Positions 50,529-64,000 are shown, numbered from the stretch's first letter. The stretch: DNA of 64,000 bases from Octopus sinensis (GCF_006345805.1 NC_042997.1:18228001-18292000); one strand, 5' to 3'. Numbers and translations are program-made. Notes: generated by a model from the letters alone, not told the origin.

Positions 50529-52646
50529 TGCATTACTTTCTGACTCACCCATGTGTGTGTGTGTGTGTGTGTATTTAGTTTTACTGCAAAATTATACTTG
50601 TGAAGGCCAAGTGACCACCATACACAATAAGCTACACCTTCTGCAATGTACATATACTCCAAATATCAATGTACACATTGAGACTTGTAAGAGACATAGA
50701 CCCATTTTGTTATTCTAGATTACGAGTGAATGAGTGAGTTGTCAAACTAAAAATGATAAGCAAATATTCCTCAATTCATGCCCCTGCTTAAGAAAAAAAC
50801 TACATAAGATAAAGTAGTCTTAAATACACTATAACTGAAAAGACATAGTCATGGCTGGAACACTTTTATTCTGTCTATTTGATCTCAGGTTTGACCAGCG
50901 TGTTAAATAACAACAAATGTTCTAGATTACATTTTAGTCAAGACGCTGGTCAATAAAATATTTTATACTAATACTCAGTATGAAGAACATGATTGTTAAA
51001 TCAATGAAATGAACTATTACCTGCAATGTTAAGAATTAAAACTTTCCTATAAACATTATTTATTGTTCTAAGTCTTATAAAAAAATAAATGAATGCTATT
51101 TTGAGATCACAGTGAAGTAGTCAGCGATAAAATGAGCGTTCAGCTTGTAAAATATTTGTTTCTGCAACTGCTATTTAAATAAAAAAAAAAAAAAAAATAA
51201 TATAAAAAAGGAAAAAAAGAAGCAAATAAATATCTGAAGTTTTTTTTTATATCCTTTAATGATAAGAAATAAATTCATCGAATTATTTTATGATAGTGGA
51301 ATATTTTTTAACAATATTTAGATGGGGTTTCATCTGTTAAAAACTAGTCTTATATTCAAGTATACTTGCTAAACAGTCTGTCTACATCAGCAAATAGAAG
51401 CTTTTTAATTCATAGCTACCTAAAGGGTTGTATTAGGTTAACATATAATTATTTAGAATAAAAATTATTTGTCTATGGAAACCCTTATGTATGACTTTAC
51501 TTCATTTGTTCAGTTATATGATGACAACAGTCAAATCAAGCCAAAGAAATGGAAAAAGAGGGTGGTAAAAGTTTGGAATATTATAATGAGATGTAATCTG
51601 AGATATAATTTATAGCAGAGTTGGGTTTGGAGAAAGAATAGTAAAAGGAAATATTGTTGAGATGTTCATCTGATATCAGCCACAAAAATAGAGCCAAAAT
51701 TATTTATGTGTGTGGGTCATATTTAATCATCATTATAATATGGCTGTAGGTTATAGCTGAAACACCTCCAGAGGCTGTGCAAACAAACCCTTACATAACA
51801 AATCATATTCTTAAAAACTGATTCTTTAAGAGGCAGATCCAAATGTATACCTCACCCTTCTATATTACTTCACCATTAAGCCATTAACATTTCTTCCTCT
51901 TTGTCACACCTATAATTGTTTCAATTCCTCTAAACTAGCTAACTCTGAACTACATCCACAGTGAACCTAACCACAATAAATTTCACCATCTCTCCCACTC
52001 TTAATGACATTCTCTGTATCCTACTTCCTAGGTCATGTCATAAACACATTTCATTATTCCATCCTTGAGAGCATCCTCCCTGCTGCTATTTTATCTTGAA
52101 ATACTAATCTGCACAATTTCAAATTAAACATTAACAGCAGCAATCCCCAACAGTTATAAAAGTCTTCCAGTATTAGAGGGCATAAAAAGGCCATGAGCAA
52201 TAGCCCTCCTACCTCATCTACAGATTAACAAAAATAATATCACATGAAAACATTAATATTAAAATTGTAATTATACCTTAAAATATTTTACTGTTCACAT
52301 TTGATAAAACCTGCTCTATATAAATTTTGTTGCAGTGTCAAATATGATTTGATAAGTCTTATAATAAATTCTTATTGCTAAACATCACTGAATACTTTAT
52401 ATTCACATAATGTATTCAGAACAATTTATCTAAGTTTAATCCATCCAGCATTAGGCTGAACCTATGATTAAATTCTGAAAAGCAATGCAGCAAAATACAA
52501 TCAGGCAGTGTTATTAGTGATTATGATAGAAAGCCGTACTTATACTATTACCAGCTAATATGGACTAGCAAAAGAGAGGGTCTTGGTTATGAGCATGTTG
52601 TTAGTCATATGATATAAATTGGCAAACTTTTGGCAAGAAAATAAAC

Positions 52647-53047
52647 AGAGGCGTAGGAGTGGCTGTGTGGTAAGTAGCTTGCTAACCAACCACATGGTTC
52701 TGGGTTCAGTCCCACTGCGTGGCATCTTGGGCAAGTGTCTTCTGCTATCGCCCCGGGCCGACCAATGCCTTGTGAGTGAATTTGGTAGACGGAAACTGAA
52801 AGAAGCCTGTCGTATATATGTATATATATATATGTGTATGTGTTTGTGTGTCTGTGTTTGTCCCCCTAGCATTGCTTGACAACCGATGCTGGTGTGTTTA
52901 CGTCCCCGTCACTTAGCGGTTCGGCAAAAAAGAAACCGATAAAATAAATACTGGGCTTATAAAGAATAAGTCCTGGGGTCGAGTTGCTCGATTAAAGGTG
53001 GTGCTCCAGCATGGCCACAGTCAAATGACTGAAACAAGTAAATGAGA
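52647..53047 (+). mobile_element. SINE family C, young full-length copy
   Basis: tRNA-like head gtggctgtgtggtaag...ggttcagtccc, ttgggcaagtgtctt core, CpGs retained. Confidence 0.9.
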
Positions 53048-53648
53048 GAAAGAGAGAGGCATATCAATAATGCATTTAGTTGTGCAGTGAAATTAAGCTC
53101 CGACAATGTGGTTTTTTTTATTTTTGTAACTTGGAAAGAACTGAACTGACCAAAATATTTTACTATTTTTATATCTCACCAGGTTTTGTTTAGCTCTCCA
53201 TGTCAAGTTGTCAAATGATAGATTGTCATCATCATCATAGTCGTCGTTGTCATCCTCCTCCTCCTCCTCCTCCTCATCATCATCATCAGTTAACATCCAC
53301 TTTCCACGCTGGCATGAGTAGGGCAGTTTGACAGGTGGGTTTGGTGAGCTGCAGGGCTATGTTGAATGCCAATGTCCTCGTTGACACGGTTTTTTATGGC
53401 TGGATGCCCTTCTTAACATCAACCACTTAACCGAGTGTACTGGGTGCTTTTTGTTTTACACCACCTGCAAAACAAAAAGTGAAATTGCCATGTAACTTGC
53501 AAGACAAAAAAGAACAGAGAAGAAAAAGGATGGGGAGGAAAAAACCCCACTACTAAGGAAAAGAATTTAGGAGGGGAAGGTGGAAGTGAGTGACTGTATG
53601 CTACATGTCAAAAAGCTAAAGTATGATGGAGGGGCAAGCACAGGTGTA

Positions 53649-54896
53649 TCAGGCTGAGTAAAAAGTAAGCAATGTTTTTAAACATGAAATTCATCACAAT
53701 ATATTTCAACAACACGGAAATTTTATCCATCAAAGTAAGTACCATTGCAATCAACACATTTTTGCCAACGAGTTACAAGTTTGTTTATTCTAGTAACATA
53801 AAAATTCGGAGTTCTGGAGCTGATGAACTCTTCAGCATCGGTTTTTAAACTCCTTCTCTCACAGGAAACCATCAAGGTGCTTTAAAAAGTGGTAGTCAGT
53901 AGGATAAAGGTCTGGGGAATAAGTTGGGTGGGAAAGAACTTCGTAGCCAAGTTCTCTAACTTCTGGAGTGTCATTAGTGTAACGTGTGGAAGAGCATTGT
54001 CATGAAGAATGATTGGCCTTCTTCTGTAGACCAGTCTGGGACAGACAAGTAGCAGATTTTCGTTCATTTTGGAAATTTCATGGCTATATGTTTCTGCAGT
54101 AATGGTTTTCCCACGTTTTAAGAAGTTATAGCGGATGAGTCCAGCAGTACACCACCAAACAGTCACTATAACATTCTTTTTGAAGAGCTCGGGTTTAGGG
54201 AAGGCTTTCAGAGCTTCATTTTGGCCCAACCACTGCGTAAAACGTTTTTTATCGTTGCACAGAATCCACATTTCATTGCTAGTTACAATACTGTCAAGAA
54301 ATGGATCTGTCTGATTACAGAGAAGTGACAAGCAAATTTCCTATCTGTGCATTTTCTGATTTCCTTCAAATCGTGTGGTCAAGCTCTTTTGATTTTCTGA
54401 CCACATGCAAATGGTTGCAGGCAGTTTTCTGGCTAACTTGAAGTTCTTTTGCCAGTTCTTAAGTGGTTTTTACATGGATCTTTCTCACTGACAGTCTTTA
54501 ATTGACTATCATCAATGACAGATGGGCGTCCACTATGTTCACGATCTTCCAGGCTCAGGTCTCCGCTGTGAAATCGTTTAAATCATATTCAAGCAGACCA
54601 CTCACTTGTCATTTCCTCACCAAATGTTTCATTGATATCGCAAGCAGTTTCAGCTGCTTTATGTCCTTTTTTTAATAGAAAAATTGCTCTAATATCGTGC
54701 TTTGACAGTTCCACTTCAGATGATTATAACAACGGAGGGGAAAATATCAATGTTAATTTATTGGTGCATTTGGGCAAGTCTCTGTCTGTATTATCAGACT
54801 ACTGCAAAAAATCTGTTTAAAAAATTCAAAATGCTGCAAAAATCCGGTACAAATTCTTCATGGTTCAAAATGTTGCTTACTTTTTACTCAACCTGA
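53649..54896 (-). mobile_element. Full-length but inactivated mariner transposon
   Basis: TIRs tcaggctgagtaaaaagtaagcaatgtttt and its reverse complement, TA on both sides; FLDSIVTSNEMW, ILHDNALPH and frameshifted HPTYSPDL motifs. Confidence 0.92.
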
Positions 54897-55534
54897 TAGA
54901 TTATTGTCTTATACATATCTTAAAAGCTCATTTTTCTATAGAATGAACATGAAGTTAATTATTTGCTGGTTAGATGATAATCATTTTTCATACTTCATTA
55001 ATTCATCAACATATCTTCAACACTTAAGTCAGTGGCACATCTAGTCTAATTTTAGAGAGAATATAGAGCTTCTGATGTGGATAACCTTATTATTTTATAC
55101 TTGTAAATAATTGTTGAGCTTGCATTTTCAAGTCAAGCATTCTTGTTGATAAAATGCACGATAGGCTAGTGTTCTAACCAAGAAGTTATGTCTCTCTTAT
55201 CTAATGTTGGGCTAAGTCTGGACAATTTTGAGACTTAAGTAATGTACTAATTCATCAACTGTGAAATAGAAATGGAACTTGTAAGACTTAAACTCAGGAA
55301 ATTTGCTGAAAATTAGCAGAGTGGTTTGGGTGTGGTAGCATACTTTTTGCTATTTGGTTTGATTCTCTACCTTCTAATTTCATATCTTCTCTATCTTCTA
55401 ATTAGAAGGGAGAGAATCTTGTCAGGGTCGATAAAAACGCACCAATCTAAAGCAGTAGAATGGTAAAAATATAAGAACATCAAACTGGATGTCTTACAGT
55501 ATTTGTTACAGGTGTTTTGTGTTTTGAGACCAAA

Positions 55535-55930
55535 CTCCGCTACTGCCCACGCAGGTGATAGGTAAACTTAATCCATTTCCTGGAGCTGTTGAGCTGAGAC
55601 CCTCTTTGGTCATGACTGACCATGGGATTGCACCTCAAAAGTTACCCTCTCAGGCACAAGTCCGGGCAGGTTGTTTATGGAAGACCAGCAGTCGCCCATG
55701 CATACTGGCTTCCCCTTTCCATGACACCAGTGTTATCCAAGGGAAAGGCAAAGCCGATACAGCTTGTCACCAGTGACGTTGCAACTCATTTCTACAGCTG
55801 AGTGAACTGGAGCAAGGTGAAATAAAGTGTCTTGCTCAAGAACACAACACAAAGCCTGGTCCGGGATTCGAACTCACAACCTCACGATCGTAAGCTCACC
55901 ACTCTAACCACTGAGTCATGCACCCTCACA
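55535..55930 (-). mobile_element. tRNA-headed SINE (family B-related)
   Basis: gggattcgaactcacaacctcacgatcgtaagctcaccactctaaccactgag is a reverse-complemented tRNA-like head. Confidence 0.85.
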
Positions 55931-56997
55931 ACCTGGTAAATTGGATGCCTTTAACAAAACATTCAGGTTAAGTCTCTAATTTGAGAATCCCTTTCTCTTT
56001 CAATCCAACCAGTCTTAGTAGCCCTATAAAGGGTCATAAGCACTGTCTTCCCCTTGATTAAAATATATAAAAACCCATAATTATATACATTGTACATGGC
56101 ATACTACAAAGGCTTTAGTAAAGTTTGAACATGTCTGTAAGATAGACCAATATGACTAACTCTTGATGTTCCTTAATATGTCATTCCTTCTGAAGTAGTG
56201 AATTGGCAGAATCATTAAAGTATAGCATAAAATGCTTCACAGTATTTAGTTATGAACCTTTGCCTTTTAATTTCTTATGCTGCTAGGGTTAACTTTACCT
56301 TTCATTATTCTGCAATCAATAAGATAAAGCCCCAGATGAAATACCTTACAGAATTTAGTTATACTTTACTTTTTGATTTTGAATCCTGCCAAGGCTCACT
56401 TCATCTTTCATCTTTCTGAGATTGACCAAATATAAGTTAGTCAAAAACTGGGTTTCATCTTAATCACATATACTCTCCCCAAAATGCACCTCTGTAAAAA
56501 AACCAATATCATTTTCCTTCTAACATGTTCACAGCACAGTACCTAGTAACATTGTTCTCTTTAGAATAAATTGAACTTTATTGTAAACCATAGCTTGATA
56601 TAACTTGACTCAATATGTTATAGTGTTTATGCTATGCATTGTATTTGATAACTTGTGTATTATTTTCTAAACACTACAATAGTGTGTTCAATTACTTGCA
56701 GACCATGACTTTGTATATCATTACAACTATGTCTAGACTGGCATAATATTTTCATGTTTCCAAATGTATTTTGCTCTACAATATTTGTTTCTTTATTCTT
56801 TTTATTTTATTTATATTTTCATGAAAAAAGTAATCTTTCTAAATGTCATGACTAAATTTATTGTGTTTTTATCATCTAAAGATACTATAAATTTGTTATT
56901 GAAAAATCTAATCCTATGTTATTCTATATAAATATTTTCAAAAAAGGAAATGTGAGTAGTGTAATCATTCTCATTTATGAAACATTTTCTTTCACAG

Positions 56998-57042
56998 GCA
57001 ACAAGCCTTAGATTTATTGAAGAAGAAGAATGGCAAGTTGAG
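56998..57042 (+). CDS. Candidate 45-nt exon (QQALDLLKKKNGKL or ATSLRFIEEEEWQVE)
   Basis: Strong acceptor ttttctttcacag, donor GAG|gtttgt, purine-rich body, length a multiple of 3. Confidence 0.5.
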
Positions 57043-58700
57043 GTTTGTTTTTCTTTTTCTTTTCTGTTGAAAGCATTAGTAATATCATTGAATTTATTTC
57101 ATGGAAAATCAAAACTAAGTTGCAGATTCAATTTGTCAATGCCCCTGCCACACAAAGTTTATTAATGCTGCTAACTCAACTACATCCACTTTTTAAAACT
57201 ATTTGGAATTTTAAACTAAATTATGTTACTTATTCAAAATATGAATCATTCTACCAAAAAAAAAAAAAACCGGCTATGTTGAATTAGTTATTGAAGCCTT
57301 GTTAACTAAACTATATCTGTTTTCATCAATCATATACATGCTTCTTTCAAAAGAAAAATATTGACATTATTAAACATGAATATCTGAGAACAACCAGAGG
57401 CAATTGTTTTCACGGTCCCTTTCCAATATCATGTTCAGTGTTTGTCTATCTTTTGGCCCTTATTTCTAGTAATTACTTATTTCCTTTCAGTTTGTTTTCT
57501 TTCCTTTATCAAATACATTTTTGCCTTCTTTTCCAACCATTCCTTTCCATTCATTCATACATGTTCCTTCTATGAGCTCATAGTGTTTTATTTCTTTTTA
57601 TTTTTCTTGTGAATATTATTCTTTAGTTTGTTCCCAGTTATACTGATTTTCTTCAGTATTTTTTTTTTCTTTATGCTTGTTCATTTTATAACTAATGAAT
57701 TACTTTCTACTTTAACTCCCTTTCCCAACACTTTACTGAAATAACTTCCTCCCATGTCACTCACTCACTGTGTTTCGCTCGTATAGGAAGCCTGCTTGAG
57801 TACATAGATGGGTAGACTGATTGACTAAAGAAAGCTTTCCAAGATGGACATATGAAAGGATGTTATTTGTTTTGCTACAATGCTTTCCTGATCTTCATTT
57901 CATGCTTGCTAATCACAAACTTTGTCAGCAATTGCTCGTCAGGGAATGGTGAAATGCAGAGTTAAGAAAATAATGGCTGGCAGCAAGCAAGTATGCTTCT
58001 CTGTTTCATGCTTGTTTTGCCAACCTGACACTGATAGTTCACGCTTGTTAGTTAGAAGATGACAACTATATGATCGCATCTCAGTGGAAAAGATTATTAA
58101 GTAGCCATGTTGAAGCAGAAATATTTGTATCAGTAATAAAATTTGAAGAGAAATGTGTTTCCATATATGAGATTCCATATTATTTCAGTAAAATATTTGA
58201 AGCATTTCTAGAAAGTTCATTTTCAACAAATGGTCCACTCTTTCAAAGTTTTGTTCATGAGTCATTTTTTCCCCTAATCTTTTCCCCATGAGATTTTTTA
58301 CCAGCATTTTTCTTAATCTTTCTCATATAAAACCCTCTCCATATAAAATGATTGTGCTAAATTTGAACAGTAAAATTGTAATTAAATATAAACATTACTT
58401 TTCTGGAATTTGTTTGACACTCAAATGTTATTTAACAGTATACAAGAAAAGCTAACTAAAATATAGAAAATAAAAAGGCTGAGATAGCTCAAGTGATTCT
58501 TTGAATGTAGCTTTCAGAGTGTTTGCATTGTTGGTTTGAGTATTATATGAATTGCTGAATAAAGATTGGAAAGTCCATTCCTTTTATAAATGTTCTTCTC
58601 CATTTACTTTTTCTACCCCTTTCTGATTCTTTTAATTTTTCTTTTTTCCTTTCTTTTATCTATTTTTTAAACTATATTCTCTGTATATCCTTCCTTCTAG

Positions 58701-58732
58701 TCCTGTTTTGCTGGAAAGAGAATAAAATGTTG
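58701..58732 (+). CDS. Candidate 32-nt exon
   Basis: Long pyrimidine tract ending ccttccttctag, donor TTG|gtgagt. Confidence 0.3.
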
Positions 58733-60315
58733 GTGAGTTAGAATCTAGAATCTAGATTTTAGATATCCATCATTCTTGCTAAATTGTAAAGATCAGTGAA
58801 GACAATATTTTGATAGTATTGGCAAGGTGCTGAACAAAATGTCTTGTGGCATTTAGTTACACCCCTTTATGTTCTGAATTCAGATTCCTTTGAGGTCGAC
58901 TTTATTTTTTATTTTTCGTTTTTGGATTTGGTTTGCAAGATACTTTATATCAGTTCGTGTGTTGAAGCATATTCTGTTGTGTCTGGGGAGAGTCATTTTC
59001 TTTTTGTGCCTTATAATGTAACACACTCACCGGTAAAATTTCCACTTATTTCTTATTTTTATTTTCCTAAAATTTTCGTTGCGTCTTGCAACCTTTCTGG
59101 ATCTAATAGAGTAAAGTACCAGTGAAGTACTAGATGTCAATATAATTGATAAACCACTTCCCCCAGTTTTGTGGCCTTGTGCCTATTTTGTAAGAGATCA
59201 TTGTAAAGCTCAGTAAAATTTAACTTTATGGAATTTGGCATAAACACTGATTGTAAACTCATATTATTCTGAACAATCTAGTAATTAACTGTAAGATTTT
59301 GAAAATACATTTTTAAATATTGACTCTTTTGATCAGACACAACATAAATTTTGTAGTAAATTATAAGTTTTATAATATCAATGACAGATATTATGTGTAT
59401 TCCATGTGTGAGGATAGGAGTGCAGGTATGTTTATGTGGCTAAGAAATTTGCTTCCTAATCATATGGTTGTTTCATCTTCAGTCTCATTGTGTAACAACT
59501 TAGGTGTCTTGTACTATAACCCCTAACAAAATAAAGTCCTGTGGGTGGATTTGGTTGAAAGATATAGAAATAAATACTCCATGAGCTAACAATGGGTGGG
59601 CTGTATGGGGTTAATTTGCCTGCCAGAAATAAATGCCAAATCTCTTGCAAACTACATTCTGCAGTCTTAAAATAAAAAAGGACATTTTGAGTAATGTAGT
59701 CCAGCACACATTATTCCAGAAAATAAGGCAGGATGGTCATCACTTGAATGATTTTGATTATAGGTCTGCTCAATCAATGATGACTTGGAACTAGATAACA
59801 AAAATAACAACAACAGCAATAATAACTAAATACTCTATTGAATTTAGTTTGGTATTGTTCTGGCTCAGTGATTCTCACAAATGTAGAATTATTTTATACC
59901 ATAATGATGCAAAATAGAAAACAATGTTCATTTTATATTAATAATTGAAATTATATTTTCTTACAGTAATGCAAAATTTGTAATTAAAATCTGAATTAAA
60001 AATATTATTTGACAAAGAGGAATTTGCATTCACAACATTAGTCTTTTCCTTATCTTTGTATATTTTAAAATAAAAATGAATTCTTTGTTATAAAATATAA
60101 TCATTTCTGATTTTGATTAATTTTCTAATCATCTTAATTGCTAAATTAATTTTATGTAAAGAAAAATTTGTTGAATTTGAAAAAAAAAAGAAATCATAAT
60201 TTTTTTTCAAGTTTTTATATAATAAATCAAATGTGTGTGTAAGTTCCAGGCGTCAGTGTCTGTAAAACCTGACAAACGAGAAATCAAAACCAAATTCCAG
60301 CAACTGAAGTATACA

Positions 60316-60378
<63 letters not shown>

Positions 60379-60417
60379 ACATACACACATATTTATATAA
60401 ACATACATATATATATA

Positions 60418-61010
60418 GCCCAACTAATTAGGGAGAGAGTTAGTCTATATGAGATGCAGTTTGGTTTTATGCTAGAGAGAAACATCACTGAGGCTATATT
60501 TCTGGTAAGGCAGCTGCAGAAGAAATACATAGCCAAAAATAAACCTCTGTATTTGGCTTTTGCTGACCTGGAGAAAGCTTTTGACAGAATCCCCCAATCC
60601 CTTGTCTGGTAGTCAATGTGGAAACTAAGGATAGATGAGTGGTTGGTGAGAACTATACAAGCCATGTACAGTGATGCCACCAGGAAGGTGAGGGTTGGCA
60701 ACAAGTACAGAAAAGAATCAGGGTACAAGTAGAGGTTCATCAAGAATCAGTACTCAGTCTCCTCTTGTTCATCATAGCCCTCCAGACAATAACAGAGGAA
60801 TTTAAGACAGGCTGCCCCTGGGAGCTCCTCTATGCTGATGACCTTGTTCTTATAACTGAATCACTACCAGAACTAGAGAAGAAGTTCCAAGTATGGAAGC
60901 AAGGTCTAGAATTGAAAGGCCTACGGTTAACCTAGCAAAACGCAAAGTCTTAGTAAGTAGGAAGGCCCTGCTCAATCTGTAGCAAAGGCGTGGGTAGAAA
61001 CTCCATACAA
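60418..61010 (+). mobile_element. RTE-clade LINE reverse transcriptase remnant
   Basis: QFGFM...AIFLVRQLQKKY...AFADLEKAFDRIP...ELLYADDLVL; in-frame stops. Confidence 0.92.
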
Positions 61011-61074
61011 CAAACAAATGAGGACAAATATCTGTCAATTGTAAGTAATGTAAATAGTGTAAATTATTCCTCAT

Positions 61075-61465
61075 CTCTTAAATATATAATCAACATCAAT
61101 GGAATTTATAGCTGTGATACCAGTGCCGGTGGCACGTAAGAGAACCATCTGAATGTGGCCATAGCCAGCACCGCCCTGACTGGCCTCCGTACTGTGGCAT
61201 GTAAAAAGCACCATCCAATTCGTGGCCGTTGCCAGCTTCGTCTGGTCTCCGTGCTGGTGGCTCGTAAAAAGCACCATCTGATCGTGGCTGTTTGCCAGCC
61301 TCGTCTGGCACCTGTGCCAGTGGCATGTAAAAAGCACCCACTACACTCACGGATCAGACTGGGCCTGGTGCAGCCTTCTGGCTTCCCAGACCCCAGTTGA
61401 ACCGTCCAACCCATGCTAGCATGGAAAGCAGACATTAAACGATGATGATGATGATGATGATGTAT
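61075..61465 (+). mobile_element. RTE-associated 3' UTR with internal repeats and (GAT)n tail
   Basis: Repeated gtggcatgtaaaaagcacc units; same family as 42160-43150. Confidence 0.85.
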
Positions 61466-61970
61466 TATCAAATTTAGATTTGAATATCAATTCACTGGAT
61501 GGAAGTGGTTTTTTTCATGATGTAATTGATTTGTTCATCAATAAAATAGGCATCTGAAACAGCTGCAGTGACTGTCAACCCATTTGTGTTTTTATTTTAC
61601 TTATTTTACCCCAGACCGGGAATCTTCCCTACATTGGGTCTGGAACTTACAGTGGACTGTGAAAGAGCATGCCAGAGTATGATGTCTGTATGTGAATTTA
61701 CATGTATACATGTATATTTACATTGATGAATATATTGGTCTGTTCATGTGCATGTGTATGTGAATGGTAGGACAAGGTTCAGATATATACATTGATATAT
61801 GCATGAATGTTCATATATATTGTTGATACATGGATATGCTGTTCTTGACTCTAAATTGATATCCTTATTGCAAGAATCCATTGATTCAGTTAGATGCTAC
61901 AGCTTATATAGACAGACAGGCTGACAGACAAACAGACAGATAGATAGATAGGTAGGTATGTAGGTATGTT

Positions 61971-62208
61971 AAGGCGGCGAGCTGGCAGAAACGTTAGCAT
62001 GCCGGGCGAAATGCTTAGCGGTATTTCGTCTGCCATTACGTTCTGAGTTCAAATTCCGTCGAGGTCGACTTTGCCTTTCATCCTTTCAGGGTCGATTAAA
62101 TAAGTACCAGTTATGCGCTGGGGTCGATATAATCGACTTAATCCGTTTGTTTGTCCTTGTTTGTCCCCTCTGTGTTTAGCCCCTTGTGGATAGTGAAGAA
62201 ATAGGTAT
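61971..62208 (+). mobile_element. SINE family A, young full-length copy
   Basis: ggcggcgagctggcagaaacg head, gagttcaaattcc B-box, intact core. Confidence 0.92.
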
Positions 62209-62689
62209 GTAGGTTGTTAGACAAATAGATAGATAGATAGATAGATAGACATTCTGAAATGTTAATCTATATGCTTGCCCTTCCTCCCTTCTTAACTCTT
62301 CCCTCCATAGAACAGCATTTCTCTCCCACTGTCTGTTCGCACACCATCTTCTTGCAACCTTCCACCCACTATTTTTATTGTTCTTTTTTATCATTACTCT
62401 GTAGGTTTGCTATTATTTTTCTTTTGCACACTGACTATACTTATGTCTGTCTCTCTCTCTTTCTCAATATACTCCTCCTTTTCTTATGAATGACTACTGT
62501 CTGACATGTTCAGACACTACATTCCAACTCAAATACATTAAAATAATACCATTTCTGCTTCATTTTATGTTTATTGTTTTTACACCTTTATTTGCACACA
62601 CACACACACACACACACCTGCATATATATATATATATCCCTCTCTCTCTTTCGGAGAGGCACAAGCACCTACACGCACATATACACACA

Positions 62690-62838
62690 CGGCAGTAACT
62701 TCCGCCTGCCGAATTCAATCACAAAGCTTCGGTCGGCTCGGGGCTATAGCGGAAGACACCTACTCAAAGTGCCACGCAGTGGGACTGAACCCGAAACCAT
62801 GTAGCTGGGAAGCAAGCTCCCTAACCACACAGCCATGC
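62690..62838 (-). mobile_element. SINE family C, 5' part
   Basis: gtgccacgcagtgggactgaacccgaaaccatg. Confidence 0.85.
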
Positions 62839-62841
62839 CCG

Positions 62842-62875
<34 letters not shown>

Positions 62876-62914
62876 ATATGTATGTATGTATGTATATACA
62901 CACATACATACATA

Positions 62915-63985
62915 TACACATGGTGTAGACTGCCTCTACCTAAAACGAAAACAAGGCGGAAGAGGCTTAACATCGATCCAAACTGCCTTTGAATGTTGCA
63001 TCATGTCCCTTCGGTAACATCTTTTAACTGCCAAGTATTGAAGTGTATCCTGTGACCAAGTGTTTGCATACATGAGGTTAATAACATCATAAGACTTGGA
63101 AGGCAGCTCCTTGAGCAACACTCTTTGTCTGATAACCTAGAAATCACATGAGTCTACCGCAATGTATCATCAGATGAAAGGATGAGCCTATATGAGCAGA
63201 AGGCTATGCATGGATATGTTACTAAAAAGCTTCGTAATGATAGTGACATTGATCATCGAAGCTGTCTATCATGGACCAATAGTCGGATTCTTACCTACTA
63301 CTTTGAAGGGTATGCATTTGCAATCCAGGAACATGAAATATCAACCAAATACCTGATGCACAAAAGGGACAGAGATGCAGGTAAAGCTGTAAAGTGTGAC
63401 AACCATTGCAGACATTGTGGAGTTCACACTGAAGATATCATCCACATCATAAGCAGTTGTTTGAAAATGTCATCATGGTTTTATCTACCAATGAAACATA
63501 ATGTTGTAGTTAGGACACTCTATAATGAAATCCGTTGGAAGGATAAATCTGAGGGTAAAGAAATAAGAATTCACAATATGGTAGAAGCCATAGCCACTCA
63601 TAATAAAAAGGAATACTGGTGAAGACCTCAATAAGGAATATCAGTGAAGGTCTCAATAAAATGTAAGCACAACAGACCTGATATAATGATTTGGGATAGA
63701 AAAGAGAAACTGTGTACAGTTGTGGAAATTAGCTGCTCAGCGGATGTTAACATAAAGCTGAAGATCAGTGAAAAAGAGAACACTTATGCTGAACTATAGA
63801 GAAATATGTAGTTACTCTATCCAGATTACAAGTTCAGGTATATACCTTTAATTATTGAGGCCCTGGGATATGTAATACACTGCCTAAATAACAATCTTGA
63901 GAAATTAGGCTAATTCAAAGACTACAGTTCTAATCCATCTGTAAAAATTTGTACAACTTTCCAGAAGTTTATCATTTAAATGTAT
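62915..63985 (+). mobile_element. Decayed R4/Dong-type non-LTR retrotransposon C-terminus (zinc knuckle plus restriction-like endonuclease)
   Basis: LYLKRKQGGRGL, CRHCGVHTEDIIHIISSC, HNRPDIMIWD and VVEISC motifs; several stops. Confidence 0.88.
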
Positions 63986-64000
63986 GTGAACATATCCAGA

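Noticed and set aside
53882-54331. 149-aa ORF as a possible domesticated SETMAR-like gene
   Set aside because: Catalytic motif altered (TSNE for TGDE), frameshifted, and enclosed by TIRs with TA duplication: a dead transposon

Overview
AT-rich, microsatellite-dense animal genomic DNA with no long intact ORF. The SINE and LINE-tail families resemble those of octopus genomes (inference, not database-checked). Most of the window is intron-like sequence filled with three tRNA-headed SINE families, decayed CR1-, RTE- and R4-type LINEs, Tc1/mariner elements (one full length with TA duplication), non-autonomous Helitrons, a Gypsy gag-protease remnant and Penelope-like remnants. Splice signals suggest two unidentified genes made of very small exons, transcribed divergently from a CpG-rich region at about 25.9-26.6 kb that carries a SINE with an 11-bp target-site duplication. 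These gene models are tentative. The most notable signal is a set of minimal Penelope-type hammerhead ribozyme motifs, one apparently intact directly behind a GIY-YIG endonuclease remnant. There are also two in-frame peptide repeats with synonymous-biased divergence and a visible left/right difference in CpG decay. No rRNA, genuine tRNA or CRISPR array was seen. Repeat boundaries are approximate unless termini are quoted.
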